Virus record (IMG/VR): IMGVR_UViG_3300045988_122291
Span: 50,076-114,075 of that record
Source: a virus
Length of the DNA stretch: 64,000 nt
Strand: one strand, 5' to 3'
Shown here: positions 33,430 through 42,909 of the stretch, piece after piece
Layout: every line of letters starts with the position of its first letter
Position numbering within the stretch: position 1 is the stretch's first letter
Program-made: the position numbers and the translations under genes
The notes under the pieces: generated by a model
Seen by the model: only the letters and a program-made list of their open reading frames with translations
The model's database searches: none
Told to the model about the DNA's origin: nothing

Positions 33430-34968
33430 TCACTTTAACTTAGGCTTTGGGATTGATACAAATTTATTGTAAGAATCGCACACAAAAAAATCGGTATTAC
33501 GCATAGTGCTCATATCAAAATAATGGAATATCTTGAGTTTACGGTCTTGATATTCGCCAAATCGTGACTTGTGAATATATGTAATACGGTTAGGAACAAG
33601 CGTGTTATTTAGCCCCTTTTCTCTTTGGTGCTTAATAAACGGCTCTACCAGCTTCATTTCTTTCGGTCTGTCTTTAGCGGCTAATACAACACAACCAAAG
33701 TCAACCTTAGTTCGTGAAGCCTTAGAAGAAGAAATACAGCTTTCGTCAGGGAAGTCTAATTGCTTTTCATTGCCATTGGTCTGCGTCATTGTAAGCAAGC
33801 CAACATTGTACTTCTCTGCATATGCTTTAAGGTCTGTCGCCAGTCCTCTTAAAGCCATATCTTCACGCGCTTGCACGCCTGTATTTGCACGATACTCCAT
33901 AGACAATGCGCTGTTAAGCATCATATAGTCGAAACAGCCATACACTGCGCCATAGCCTTCTACGCACTCTTTAATCTTACGGTCGATATTAGCCGATGTA
34001 AAATCAGGCATATCAATCAATCTAAGGTCGCAACTCTTGATAATCTCTGCGGCTTTGATAACTCGCTTGCGTTCTTCATCAGTACAGTTACCCATAGTAA
34101 TTGTGTTTGACGGTACGTTAGCTATACACGCAAGAAACATAGGTTGCATCTCTGTACGCTGTGCCAACTCAGTGTGGATAAAGAATCCTGCGCCTTGATA
34201 ATTGGGATTAGGAATAAAGTCTTGCGCTTCATCGTCCCAATATTGGTCTACACAAAGACCGCAAATATCGGCTACAGCCATACGAGTTTTACCCACAGAA
34301 CTTGGACAAGACCGCATAAACAAATGTCCACGGTTAAAACCATGCGCTAATTCTGTTTGATAAGGTGAATATAAGAACGCGCCATAAGACGGCTTTTCAT
34401 CAAATTCAGCAAGCAATCCTTCAATATCCTCGCCTACTGTCATCTCTTCACGCACATACTTGCTATCGTACTTTGTCCTTAGGCTGTTTGCTTTATACTC
34501 AACAGCATTAAGAATCTGCTCAATAGTTAGCTTTTCCAGCTTTGCGCGTTCATCAGATTCATTACCAAGCGTATCATAAAATTCTTTAATATCCACGCCT
34601 TGCTCGTCAAGTTCTCTTAGCAGAGCAAACTTGCGGATAACAGAATAATAATACTCATAGTTATCTGGGTTTGCCAATTCCTTTACTGTGTAAATAAAGT
34701 CAAGGTAATTATTGTCTCGACAAACTTCCATTTGTGGAACATGATTCTGAAGTACAGATTCAATTTCAACTTCTGTAACTTCGCCTACGCCACTTCTTGC
34801 CAGCTTTGCAATACACACAAAGATGACTTGATGAAAGTTTGATGGAGCAAATGTAGCTTTATCCAACGGATATTCTGGTAATGATAGCAACTGTGGTCGC
34901 TTCATTAAACTACCAAGCATCAACGATGCAAGGTTTACATCATAAAGTTCCATCGGAATCAACCCCAA
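33430..34968 (-). CDS. replicative DNA helicase (DnaB-type)
   Basis: DnaB-like N-domain and RecA-type core (SCPSSVGKTRMA P-loop-like, LLTMTQTN); 512 aa; ATG 34953 is an alternative start. Confidence 0.7.
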   Translation of the reverse strand: MGLIPMELYDVNLASLMLGSLMKRPQLLSLPEYPLDKATFAPSNFHQVIFVCIAKLARSGVGEVTEVEIESVLQNHVPQMEVCRDNNYLDFIYTVKELANPDNYEYYYSVIRKFALLRELDEQGVDIKEFYDTLGNESDERAKLEKLTIEQILNAVEYKANSLRTKYDSKYVREEMTVGEDIEGLLAEFDEKPSYGAFLYSPYQTELAHGFNRGHLFMRSCPSSVGKTRMAVADICGLCVDQYWDDEAQDFIPNPNYQGAGFFIHTELAQRTEMQPMFLACIANVPSNTITMGNCTDEERKRVIKAAEIIKSCDLRLIDMPDFTSANIDRKIKECVEGYGAVYGCFDYMMLNSALSMEYRANTGVQAREDMALRGLATDLKAYAEKYNVGLLTMTQTNGNEKQLDFPDESCISSSKASRTKVDFGCVVLAAKDRPKEMKLVEPFIKHQREKGLNNTLVPNRITYIHKSRFGEYQDRKLKIFHYFDMSTMRNTDFFVCDSYNKFVSIPKPKLK

Positions 34969-35041
34969 TCTGTTTTGTCATTTATCGCTATTAAAAAAGC
35001 AATAGCAATGGCTAAGATAAACCACTTTGCCATTTCTGTCA

Positions 35042-35611
35042 CTAAAAATCAACTGCCTTCACATTGTAGTTAGTTCGGTTTCCTTCTCGCTCGATTTCTA
35101 CACTTTCTTCTTCGGGTAGAACAAACGTCTTATTTGCCTTCAATTTTTCCATGAACTGATAAAACGGTTCAATATATCGAGGGAAAAATTGTGTCAAGCT
35201 AATCTTTGGGTCGAACTGATGATTGTCGTACATTAGTGCATATACTATTATACCACGAAGCTGAGAATAGTCAAGACCAAATTTCTCCATATAGTTGCTG
35301 GCTTGACGTTGCCACAATGGGAAGTTACGATAATCTTCTGGATATGTCACATTAAGCAAATCCAAGAATTTGCGATATTCGCCATCACCATTATCTCGCA
35401 TATCTTTCTGGCGTTGTTTTTCTTCACGCTTTTGTCGTGCTTTTTCTTCACGCGCTCTTGCTTTGGTTTCGTCTTGAATTTGACGTTCTTCTGCCTTGGC
35501 AAGTAAGTATGCGTCATAGCACTCTTGACTGCAAAAATGGTTCGTTTTATAACGCTTACCATTATATCGCTGACCTCTGGGGATGTCTGCCCCACATACG
35601 TCACAAGTCAT
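35042..35611 (-). CDS. hypothetical protein with N-terminal zinc finger and basic coiled coil (189 aa)
   Basis: CDVCG...C..EC; KARAREEKARQKREEKQRQK. Confidence 0.55.
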   Translation of the reverse strand: MTCDVCGADIPRGQRYNGKRYKTNHFCSQECYDAYLLAKAEERQIQDETKARAREEKARQKREEKQRQKDMRDNGDGEYRKFLDLLNVTYPEDYRNFPLWQRQASNYMEKFGLDYSQLRGIIVYALMYDNHQFDPKISLTQFFPRYIEPFYQFMEKLKANKTFVLPEEESVEIEREGNRTNYNVKAVDF

Positions 35612-35633
35612 TGTTTGTTCACCTCCAATACAA

Positions 35634-35691
35634 AGACCGTAGCTATCTCTAACTACGGTCTTATTCTACCACATATTTATCGGTTTGTCAA
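35634..35691 (-). promoter_or_regulatory. promoter with terminator hairpin straddling the predicted start site (module E)
   Basis: TTGACA (35691-35686) N17 TAGAAT (35668-35663); 9-bp hairpin AGACCGTAG/CTACGGTCT at 35634-35661 begins 1 nt after the -10. Confidence 0.5.
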
Positions 35692-35700
35692 GAAAAATTT

Positions 35701-36753
35701 TTAATCTTCTACAACAATTCCCATATCACAAGCAAAAGTTACAAGCTGATTGTAGATATTCTCAAGTTCAACGAGATTGTCATTAGTACATTCGCTAATC
35801 TTGTGACCTTCACCAAGTTCAATGGCAACAACTTCCTTAACCTTCTCTGGATACTTATGACCAACAGCGGCAAAGTAAGGCTTAATCATAGCAATCCATG
35901 TATCCTTGTCATAGCCGTCATGGCTTTCAGTCCAGTCAGACAGTTCAGCGCCTTCTTCCTTTGCGGAACGCTCAATAGCCTTAGTGATGGCTTCTTCAAG
36001 TCCCTTTGCAGTAAACGGCTTAATATAAGTCTGTACAGCATAACGAGAACGAGCGAATACGGTCTTTGTTTGCTTACAAATAGCGGTAGAAGGAATTACG
36101 TCACCATTTTCATCAATGCCGTTTGGCTTTAGATAAAAACAGAAATCGCAAATATCACGGACAAAACGAGTAGAGGACTTGATATTATTAGTGCCCTTTG
36201 GCTGAGTAAACTCAAACTTCTCGCCAGAAATCTCGTCAGCGACTTCAATCTTTTCTTCGTGACCAATAAATACAACTGTATAGCCAACAGAACATAGACG
36301 GTTAATCTGTGTGCGGAAATCCTTACGATAAATAGAATAGCCATTCTGCTTACCAGTAATCTCACTTAGGTCGCGTACACCAAATTCTTGACAAACAGAA
36401 TTTTCAGCCAGCTCTACGAGGTTTTCAACGGGGTCAATAACGATTGTCTGGAATTTACGTTGCATAACCTTCCAAGATTCAATCTTCTCTCCCTTATTCT
36501 CTGGGTCATCAATCAGCTTATCATTGACAAGCTGATTGACAAAATCCTTAAATACACTCCAACGAGTGACTGGGGTCTTATAACATTTTACGCCATTACC
36601 ACCCGGCTCAAGCATAAGCAACAGTGGCTTGGGAAGTTTAGAACAAACATAGCTTTTGCCTGTACCATTTGTTCCGTATAGATAAATTTTCTGACCCTTA
36701 ATAGAACCAACGATTGATTCTTCTTCAAGGTCTAATAGATTAACTTTAGCCAT
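35701..36753 (-). CDS. AAA_24-type ATPase (Sak4-like recombination/annealing ATPase)
   Basis: Walker A IYLYGTNGTGKS, Walker B-like TVVFIGHEE; 350 aa. Confidence 0.7.
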   Translation of the reverse strand: MAKVNLLDLEEESIVGSIKGQKIYLYGTNGTGKSYVCSKLPKPLLLMLEPGGNGVKCYKTPVTRWSVFKDFVNQLVNDKLIDDPENKGEKIESWKVMQRKFQTIVIDPVENLVELAENSVCQEFGVRDLSEITGKQNGYSIYRKDFRTQINRLCSVGYTVVFIGHEEKIEVADEISGEKFEFTQPKGTNNIKSSTRFVRDICDFCFYLKPNGIDENGDVIPSTAICKQTKTVFARSRYAVQTYIKPFTAKGLEEAITKAIERSAKEEGAELSDWTESHDGYDKDTWIAMIKPYFAAVGHKYPEKVKEVVAIELGEGHKISECTNDNLVELENIYNQLVTFACDMGIVVED

Positions 36754-36770
36754 TGGATTTCACCTCTTGA

Positions 36771-37883
36771 TTAAAAGTCAATGTTGTCAATGTCGTATGG
36801 GTCGCCATCTGGCACTGGGTCAGCAATCGGCTTCTTCTTCTGAGCGGACGCAGTTGCCTTTGCCTTGGCACGAGCCTTGCTATTGTTAAACGCAGAACCA
36901 GAGGTAGGAGTGCTATTCTGCTGTGGCTTACCCTTAATTGCTTCAGCTTCAAGCTCTTCAATCTTTCCCTTGCGAACCTTTAGAGCCGCCTTGATAGTTT
37001 CTGGGTCAAGCCACATAGTCTCAATAGCGACTTCATTACCCTCTTCATCGGTATAGGTCTTTTCTTCTGGCTCTTCGACCTGCATTGGGTCAATCTCACG
37101 CAGAACCATAATGCTACGATACATAGAGTTATTATTCTCGGACGGGTCATCGCCAGTACGAGCCTTCTTGCCAATAACACGACCCTTAGTGGGCTTCTTA
37201 ACTTCGACCTGCTGACCCATAGCATTAACAAGCTCCATCTTTAGATTAGAACGAGTCTGTGCTGGCTCAAAAGCGTCAAAATCGCTGTCACCTTCGAGGA
37301 TAAGTTCACCAGCATCTTCATCGGTGGTAATCTCAATCGGGAATACCTCGCCATTGTAGGTAACGCCAAGCATCTTAATCAGTGCTCGACCTGTTTCCTC
37401 ATCATTCACAATCTCAGGAGCAACCTTAGTTACAAAACCGTTCTTTAGATTGATGTTAAAGAAATCTTCTGTATCGTCTGGTACGTTAGTAGACGCAGAG
37501 CGAATATTGTAACGCAGAGAATAACCTGCCTTCTTCTCCTTGTAGGAAGGATAATCATTCGGCTGAATCTCGCCCTTAATGCGGACGCGAGTAGCCGGAA
37601 TATTGGAATTTCCGTTAATCATCGGATTCCACTCAAGCATAGACTGTGCCATGCCCCACTGACGCGCTTCACCGCCATCATAGCCGACAGAAGGGAAGTA
37701 TGCGCGAATAGTAGTAATCAGATTATTGGTCTTAATCGCCACAGTACCACGAACTACCTGACACGGTACAGTTTCCTGACCGTGGTTAATCTTCTGCGTG
37801 CCATCAACCAGTTCAAGGTTCAACTCGCTTACAGTTCCTACACAAGCAAATACAAAATCAGTCTTATTCAGCGTTGTTTCCAT
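36771..37883 (-). CDS. putative ssDNA-binding protein (T7 gp2.5-like logic)
   Basis: Follows the AAA_24 ATPase; basic linker then acidic C-terminal tail ending DPYDIDNIDF (terminal aromatic, like gp2.5/SSB tails). Confidence 0.45.
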   Translation of the reverse strand: METTLNKTDFVFACVGTVSELNLELVDGTQKINHGQETVPCQVVRGTVAIKTNNLITTIRAYFPSVGYDGGEARQWGMAQSMLEWNPMINGNSNIPATRVRIKGEIQPNDYPSYKEKKAGYSLRYNIRSASTNVPDDTEDFFNINLKNGFVTKVAPEIVNDEETGRALIKMLGVTYNGEVFPIEITTDEDAGELILEGDSDFDAFEPAQTRSNLKMELVNAMGQQVEVKKPTKGRVIGKKARTGDDPSENNNSMYRSIMVLREIDPMQVEEPEEKTYTDEEGNEVAIETMWLDPETIKAALKVRKGKIEELEAEAIKGKPQQNSTPTSGSAFNNSKARAKAKATASAQKKKPIADPVPDGDPYDIDNIDF

Positions 37884-37937
37884 AAATAAATCTCCTTAAA
37901 TAAATGAAAATAAATATTATAAGCGGGTTAAACCCGA

Positions 37938-38189
37938 TTATTCCTTGTTTGCCACAATATCTTCGATAGAAGCCATTGCTTTAAGCGTCTTGTTGTCCAT
38001 GTTTAGCTTCTTCTGAATACGTTCAGCTTCGGCATTGAAATACTCGATAGCGTCCTTCTTATTCATTTTGTTGGCGATGCGCTTAGAAGCAATCATCGCC
38101 GCACAATAGCCAATAAGAATGCCAATGTTACGTTGTTCGGTGAAACGCTTGGTTAGTTCTTTCTTTAGTACAATCTGAAACTCGTCCAT
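37938..38189 (-). CDS. hypothetical protein (83 aa)
   Basis: Intact ORF. Confidence 0.5.
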   Translation of the reverse strand: MDEFQIVLKKELTKRFTEQRNIGILIGYCAAMIASKRIANKMNKKDAIEYFNAEAERIQKKLNMDNKTLKAMASIEDIVANKE

Positions 38190-38686
38190 TACTGCACCTT
38201 CTTTAGACCCTTTCGACCAACAAGAAAATACTTCTTGCTCAATTCATTAACAATTAGATAGACTTCCTTAGTCTGTTCAAAAACAGCGGAATCAACAACA
38301 CGAAATGTACCAGAATCATAATTTGACAGTCTACCGCCCCAATCAAGAAGAATATCATTTGCCAACTTTGTATTACCTAAGTCGCGCTGTGCATTAGCAA
38401 ACGTAACAATCCAATCACGAGCCGTTGGGTAACACCAACCATTGTCTGCCACTGTTACCTCATCAGTAACCATAATCTCGTCCTTATGCTCAAAGTAGTC
38501 ATTTAGTACCCAACCAGCGTCAAACTTATCGTCTGGATGGCACTTGTAACTCTTACTCTTATCGCGGTTTTTCTTGTAGAAATGCACTGCGTCCTCAAAG
38601 CCAACAGGAGTAATAACGGTTTCATTACCGTTAATTGTCAGCATAAAACCTCCTTCAATTTCATAAGGTGCTTTGTTCTTGTCCAT
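38189..38686 (-). CDS. hypothetical protein (165 aa)
   Basis: Intact ORF, 1-nt overlap with next. Confidence 0.55.
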   Translation of the reverse strand: MDKNKAPYEIEGGFMLTINGNETVITPVGFEDAVHFYKKNRDKSKSYKCHPDDKFDAGWVLNDYFEHKDEIMVTDEVTVADNGWCYPTARDWIVTFANAQRDLGNTKLANDILLDWGGRLSNYDSGTFRVVDSAVFEQTKEVYLIVNELSKKYFLVGRKGLKKVQ

Positions 38687-38716
38687 TGTTTTTACCTCCG
38701 TTTTGTTGTTTGTATT

Positions 38717-39973
38717 TTATAATGCCCCACAAATTTTTCTCCTTTCAGTCAAAAACGAAGTTTTTGTACTTACAAAAAGAAGATTTTTATAATTTATAGA
38801 GCCATTATTTACTTTAATTCCTGTAAGATTCCGAATATCAAAATATCCACTGTTTCTTCTTCCGAAAACAAAATATTCTTCACCTTTGTATTTAACTTTA
38901 TCAAATAATCTAAAACCTTTAACAAAATACGGTGCTTGATTGTTTTTTCTAAGCCCTCCTTTGTAAATTTTTTGCTTGTGTATTTTTCTGTTATGACATC
39001 TAACCTTTTTTTGAAAATAATAATATCCAAGAGATTGTGCATTTGGATTACCACTAATACAACGAGCATCTATATAATGTCCTTTTGGTAAATTATGCGA
39101 AATTCTAACTCGCTTAGTAATATATCCATAAGTTTCTTGCACACTTGAATATTTTTTCTTTAATTCAAGAATTAAAGTTTTCTTCATAACGTTCATAAAA
39201 GTAGCATCTCTAAAAGATTTTCCGCTACAAACTGTATTTGGTAATTTAATCAAACCTTTATGATAGTCTCTGTGACATGATTTGCATAAAGTAACTAAAT
39301 TACTTGGAGAATTGCCACCAGTTTTGCGAGACTTAATATGATGAACATTTAAGATTTGGTCTTTAGACTTGCCTTTGCAACATTGACAAGTATGATTATC
39401 TCTAAATAATACATATTCTCTTACGTTCCAAAAGCCTTCTTGCTCTCCATGCTGATACTCTGTATTACTAATATTTGGATTTTTGAGTTTTTGAGTGTCA
39501 AAAGAAGCTACTTCAACAATTATATTCTTGATAGGAAGAATGTGACAAATATTGTCAATAACTGTTAAATGTGTTTGTACCTTTTGCTTAACGCTCGGTG
39601 CTAACCACCCCTTCTTTTTTGAAGAAACGCGATTATTAAATCTTGGCTTTCGATACCTCGTTTTTCTATATCTTCGTGCTCTTCGACATTCTTTTCGAGA
39701 AGAAAGCAAATTAACAATATCATTTCTCAACTCGATTTCTGCTTCATACATTACTTTTGTTTGAGTAGAAGCAGATGCTCCAATATACTTGCTCCCTGCA
39801 TCAATTCCCAAACTAATATTTTGAACATATTTAGTAGAATTATACAAAAGTTGTATAACAAATGGACATCGTTTTATTACTTTAGCTTTTCCTTCTTTTA
39901 GCAAACGTCTAACTTTACCATGTCTGGAAGTAGGCATAAGGGGATTGCCTTGAGCGTCTAAAACATAAACCAT
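38717..39973 (-). CDS. iscB: IscB-type RNA-guided nuclease (PLMP + split RuvC + HNH)
   Basis: N-terminal NPLMPTSRHGKVRRLL (PLMP/RRXRR), RuvC-I LGIDAGSKYIG, Arg-rich bridge CRRARRYRKTRYRKPRF, RuvC-II IVEVASFD, HNH CQCC...NVHHIKSRKTGGNSPSNLVTLCKSCH, RuvC-III HYIDARC. Confidence 0.85.
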   Translation of the reverse strand: MVYVLDAQGNPLMPTSRHGKVRRLLKEGKAKVIKRCPFVIQLLYNSTKYVQNISLGIDAGSKYIGASASTQTKVMYEAEIELRNDIVNLLSSRKECRRARRYRKTRYRKPRFNNRVSSKKKGWLAPSVKQKVQTHLTVIDNICHILPIKNIIVEVASFDTQKLKNPNISNTEYQHGEQEGFWNVREYVLFRDNHTCQCCKGKSKDQILNVHHIKSRKTGGNSPSNLVTLCKSCHRDYHKGLIKLPNTVCSGKSFRDATFMNVMKKTLILELKKKYSSVQETYGYITKRVRISHNLPKGHYIDARCISGNPNAQSLGYYYFQKKVRCHNRKIHKQKIYKGGLRKNNQAPYFVKGFRLFDKVKYKGEEYFVFGRRNSGYFDIRNLTGIKVNNGSINYKNLLFVSTKTSFLTERRKICGAL

Positions 39974-40169
39974 TATTTACCTCACTTATCAAATAAGTAA
40001 TTCAGACAAAAGTCTGTTGTGTAACCTTCGCCAATGTTGTAATAGCTTTTTACATTTAGCACACTGATTTAATGCCAAACAATAGAGCAAAGGACTAAGT
40101 TAAACATCCTTTGGTATTATAACTAAAACAACGTAGTCATTAAAGACTTAGGCTAATTAGAACTCTTAT
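39974..40169 (-). ncRNA. candidate IscB omega-RNA (bounds approximate)
   Basis: 196-nt non-coding gap immediately 5' of iscB, where IscB omega-RNAs are encoded; contains hairpins (CAGAC/GTCTG, TCACTTAT/ATAAGTAA). Confidence 0.4.
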
Positions 40170-41006
40170 TCAGAAAACAAGAGTTCTAATAGCTTCGTTA
40201 ATCTGATTCTGTTCATGCTTAATGTAACGAGTAGTAGTAGCGATAGAATTATGTCCCAACATTGCACTAATAGTTGCTACACCTACGCCATTAGCATTAG
40301 CAATAGTAGCCGCTCCCGCTCTAAGCGCATGATTAGTGATTTCATTCCAGAACGGAATGCCAGCACGCTTTGCGGTCAACTTCAGCATCTTGTTAAGATT
40401 GCTATTATCAAGATGTTCACCACGTTCAGAAGTGAAAAGATACTCACCATCTGCACGTTCAAACTTGATATAGTTATCAATGCTTTCCTTTGCCTGTTCG
40501 TTGATGTAAATCGTGCGTTCCTTCGCACCCTTGCCGAGAATAACAATCTGATTGTCAATCATGTTATTGTAATCCTCAAAAGTGATAGAAGTCAGTTCAC
40601 TAAAACGAAGTCCGGTAGAGCAATACAGAGCAATAACTGCAACATCTCTGAACTTTTTGCAGTTATGAAGCATCTTGCTTACGTCCTCTGCGGAGATATA
40701 ATGCTTTTCCTTGTTCTTAATCTTAGGAGAAGTAAAGTCAAGAGCAGGATTCTCATTGATAACCTTGGCAGAAGTCAGAAACTTGAAGTAATTTCTAACT
40801 GCACTAATCTGGATATTCATGGATGCGGTAGACAGATTGCTGATAGACGCTTTCCATGCGGTCAAGTCGAGGAAAGTGATTTCTTCGACAGGCTTGTTAA
40901 CGAACGCCAGCATCTTATCTACATAAAGCAGATAATTCTTGATAGTGTTTTTGGATTTCTTATCAGCTACCAGAGAAGCCTTGTAATACTCGTTAATGTT
41001 AGTCAT
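40170..41006 (-). CDS. tyrosine recombinase / integrase (XerC/D-like)
   Basis: SAM-like N-domain; HALRAGAAT and LGHNSIATTTRYIK catalytic motifs; start at ATG 41006 behind GGAGAG. Confidence 0.85.
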   Translation of the reverse strand: MTNINEYYKASLVADKKSKNTIKNYLLYVDKMLAFVNKPVEEITFLDLTAWKASISNLSTASMNIQISAVRNYFKFLTSAKVINENPALDFTSPKIKNKEKHYISAEDVSKMLHNCKKFRDVAVIALYCSTGLRFSELTSITFEDYNNMIDNQIVILGKGAKERTIYINEQAKESIDNYIKFERADGEYLFTSERGEHLDNSNLNKMLKLTAKRAGIPFWNEITNHALRAGAATIANANGVGVATISAMLGHNSIATTTRYIKHEQNQINEAIRTLVF

Positions 41007-41183
41007 TTGAAATCTCTCCTTCGTTTCTTGATGTATGTATTGTAACATGGTACAAGCCAAAAGTCAATAGATTTTTCAAAAAAATCAGAAAAGAATTTCC
41101 CGACTCATACATGGCAAGATGAGTCGGGAATTATGGAGGTGAAAAACCATGAAGAACGAAGCCTTCTATGGCACAGATATGGT

Positions 41184-41258
41184 TGGCACAAGACTTAGGA
41201 CTTTAACCTAAACGAACAGTTTTGGAGACTGTCATGCTAACAATTACATCAGTCTTGC
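41184..41258 (-). tRNA. tRNA-Trp: tRNA-Trp (anticodon CCA)
   Basis: Hand-folded cloverleaf: acceptor GCAAGAC/GTCTTGT, anticodon arm ACAGT-CTCCAAA-ACTGT, T arm TTAGG-TTAAAGT-CCTAA, discriminator G, encoded CCA. Confidence 0.7.
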
Positions 41259-41261
41259 ATA

Positions 41262-41336
41262 TGGAGCGCTATGGCGTAATCGAAACGCTATCTTCAGTTT
41301 GGAAAACTGAGGTTCTTACCGTTAAACTAATAGCGC
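41262..41336 (-). tRNA. tRNA-Gly: tRNA-Gly (anticodon TCC)
   Basis: Acceptor GCGCTAT/ATAGCGC, anticodon arm TCAGT-TTTCCAA-ACTGA, discriminator U, encoded CCA. Confidence 0.8.
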
Positions 41337-41452
41337 AAATTGTCCCGCGACCCAAAGGTACGTCATGTGCACTTGACTTGTTTTCCACTGGGAATCGCAG
41401 TACAGTCATGAGCTAAACCGCAATAAACGTGAACTTAACAAACGGGGAACAT

Positions 41453-41528
41453 TGGTAGCGATGGTGCGATTCGGACGCACGAAATCATGGAGTCAAAGTC
41501 CATTGCCTTACCGCTTGGCTACACCGCT
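41453..41528 (-). tRNA. tRNA-Gln: tRNA-Gln (anticodon TTG)
   Basis: Acceptor AGCGGTG/CATCGCT, anticodon arm ATGGA-CTTTGAC-TCCAT, T arm GTGCG-TCCGAAT-CGCAC, encoded CCA. Confidence 0.75.
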
Positions 41529-41694
41529 ATATTTCTCCTACGATGACGGGTCGCAGGAGAGAAATATGAAATTATGCCGACACGTTTGAGCGTGTCTATT
41601 AAATTGTTTGTCTGCCGTACCAGACGATGTGTGTGGAATGTATATTTTTATTTTCTGCACTTAATACAAAAAATTTACCTTGTACGGAAGGCAT

Positions 41695-41770
41695 TGGTCT
41701 CCCATCGCAGGCTCGAACTGCGGACTTCTTGATTAAAAGTCAAGTGCTCTACCAACTGAGCTAATGGAAG
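41695..41770 (-). tRNA. tRNA-Lys: tRNA-Lys (anticodon TTT)
   Basis: D arm GCTCAGTTGGTAGAGC, anticodon arm CTTGA-CTTTTAA-TCAAG, T arm CGCAG-TTCGAGC-CTGCG, encoded CCA. Confidence 0.85.
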
Positions 41771-41778
41771 ATTTGATT

Positions 41779-41792
41779 GGGGCAAATGCCCC
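41779..41792 (-). terminator. short GC hairpin (terminator or processing site)
   Basis: GGGGCA-tt-TGCCCC between the small CDS 41798..41902 and tRNA-Lys. Confidence 0.35.
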
Positions 41793-41797
41793 ATCAC

Positions 41798-41902
41798 TTA
41801 TCGTAGATTGTAACGGTCTACACCGCGCATATTCTTCTGCATCTCAAGATTTGCTTCATAGAGACCACGGAAGAAATGCTTAATATTGCTCTTAACACCC
41901 AT
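41798..41902 (-). CDS. small protein (34 aa)
   Basis: GGAGGTGA SD 6 nt before the ATG; own TTGACA-N17-TACAAT promoter overlapping the sigma gene 3' end. Confidence 0.45.
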   Translation of the reverse strand: MGVKSNIKHFFRGLYEANLEMQKNMRGVDRYNLR

Positions 41903-41938
41903 CGGTATCACCTCCTAACATTATCTATTGTATCACAC

Positions 41939-42553
41939 TTATCTCATTTTGTCAAGTGTTTTTAGAATTTTTTCGATATAAATTTTTCTTTCAGCGTCAT
42001 CGTCACTATAACGTTTTACATATCTGGAATTGCGCTTATAATAATCTCGCAAATTTCTCACAACAGCAGAACATCTACTAAAAGAAACACCTGTATCTTC
42101 GCTTAGTTCTCGGCACGTTTTATTCTCAATTCTACCAAGTAAAACTTTAAGCGTTGTCAATGGTAGTTTTTCGATAAACCATTCTGCCCATATCTTCCCC
42201 AGCGCTTCAGCTTCAGTATTTTGCTTAGAAGCAATAAATTCTTCTAAAGCATATGTTGCTTTTTCGCTGACCGAAGAAACTTCTGCGCTTAAAGAAAGTG
42301 TTTCCATGCCAAATAAGCTATCATGTCTCATTACACTGCGTATACTATTAAGCATACATTTATAAGCAAGCGTAGAAAATTTTGTTGTGCCATTAAAAGT
42401 TAATGCCGCTTTGCACAATCCAATAGCACAAATATCATACCATTCGTTGATACTTAGAGCTTGATTATTCAAAAAAGAATAAATTAGATTGTGGTTTTCT
42501 TCTACCAGCTTTCTTTGTTCATTATTCAGTTTTGAAATTTTTGTTTCGCGCAT
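41939..42553 (-). CDS. sigma-70 family sigma factor (phage-encoded, small)
   Basis: 204 aa; region 2-like N-half and region 4 HTH (CRELSEDTGVSFSRCSAVVRNL). Confidence 0.7.
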   Translation of the reverse strand: MRETKISKLNNEQRKLVEENHNLIYSFLNNQALSINEWYDICAIGLCKAALTFNGTTKFSTLAYKCMLNSIRSVMRHDSLFGMETLSLSAEVSSVSEKATYALEEFIASKQNTEAEALGKIWAEWFIEKLPLTTLKVLLGRIENKTCRELSEDTGVSFSRCSAVVRNLRDYYKRNSRYVKRYSDDDAERKIYIEKILKTLDKMR

Positions 42554-42577
42554 AAGTATCTTCCTTTTAATTTTTAG

Positions 42578-42651
42578 TGGAGCGAATGACGGGTACTGCC
42601 CCCGCGTCCTCAGTTTGGGAAACTAAAATTCTACTATTGAACTACATCCGC
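42578..42651 (-). tRNA. tRNA-Gly: tRNA-Gly (anticodon CCC)
   Basis: Acceptor GCGGATG/CATTCGC, anticodon arm TTAGT-TTCCCAA-ACTGA, discriminator U, encoded CCA. Confidence 0.75.
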
Positions 42652-42749
42652 ATATGATAACAGGGAACGAGTTAGAAAGAAGGTATGTCAAAAGAAGGAG
42701 AAAAAATCTCGTTCCCTGTTATTTACTTATGTTTATTATGTTTTAGAAG

Positions 42750-42893
42750 TTATCGCTTAAACTTCGGCAGAAGGTTATGATTTGCGTCCTCAAGCATATT
42801 CTGCACTGCAAGGTCATACTTCTGCTTCTCGGTCATAGGCTTGTTCTTCTTTTCGTTTTCCTTTGCTCGGCGGTTATTCTTAGCCATTTTCAT
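42750..42893 (-). CDS. small basic protein (47 aa)
   Basis: MKMAKNNRRAKENEKKNKPMTEKQKYDL...; weak GGAA SD. Confidence 0.4.
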   Translation of the reverse strand: MKMAKNNRRAKENEKKNKPMTEKQKYDLAVQNMLEDANHNLLPKFKR

Positions 42894-42909
42894 TTCGTTC
42901 CTTTCAAAA

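Noticed and set aside
40215-41045. 276-aa plus-strand ORF, and similar long antisense ORFs (9587..10060, 28317..28889, 13442..14008, 2633..3118, 57080..57610).
   Set aside because: Each lies antisense within a well-supported minus-strand gene and has no motif or SD. These are typical shadow ORFs in AT-rich DNA.
41337-41452. A possible additional tRNA between tRNA-Gly(TCC) and tRNA-Gln.
   Set aside because: I could not fold a cloverleaf on either strand (no T-loop, no consistent acceptor). Left unannotated.
40170-41800. An attP core or direct repeats of a tRNA 3' end next to the integrase.
   Set aside because: I saw no duplicated tRNA 3' segment or obvious core-type repeats within the window. 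The attachment site cannot be assigned from this sequence alone.
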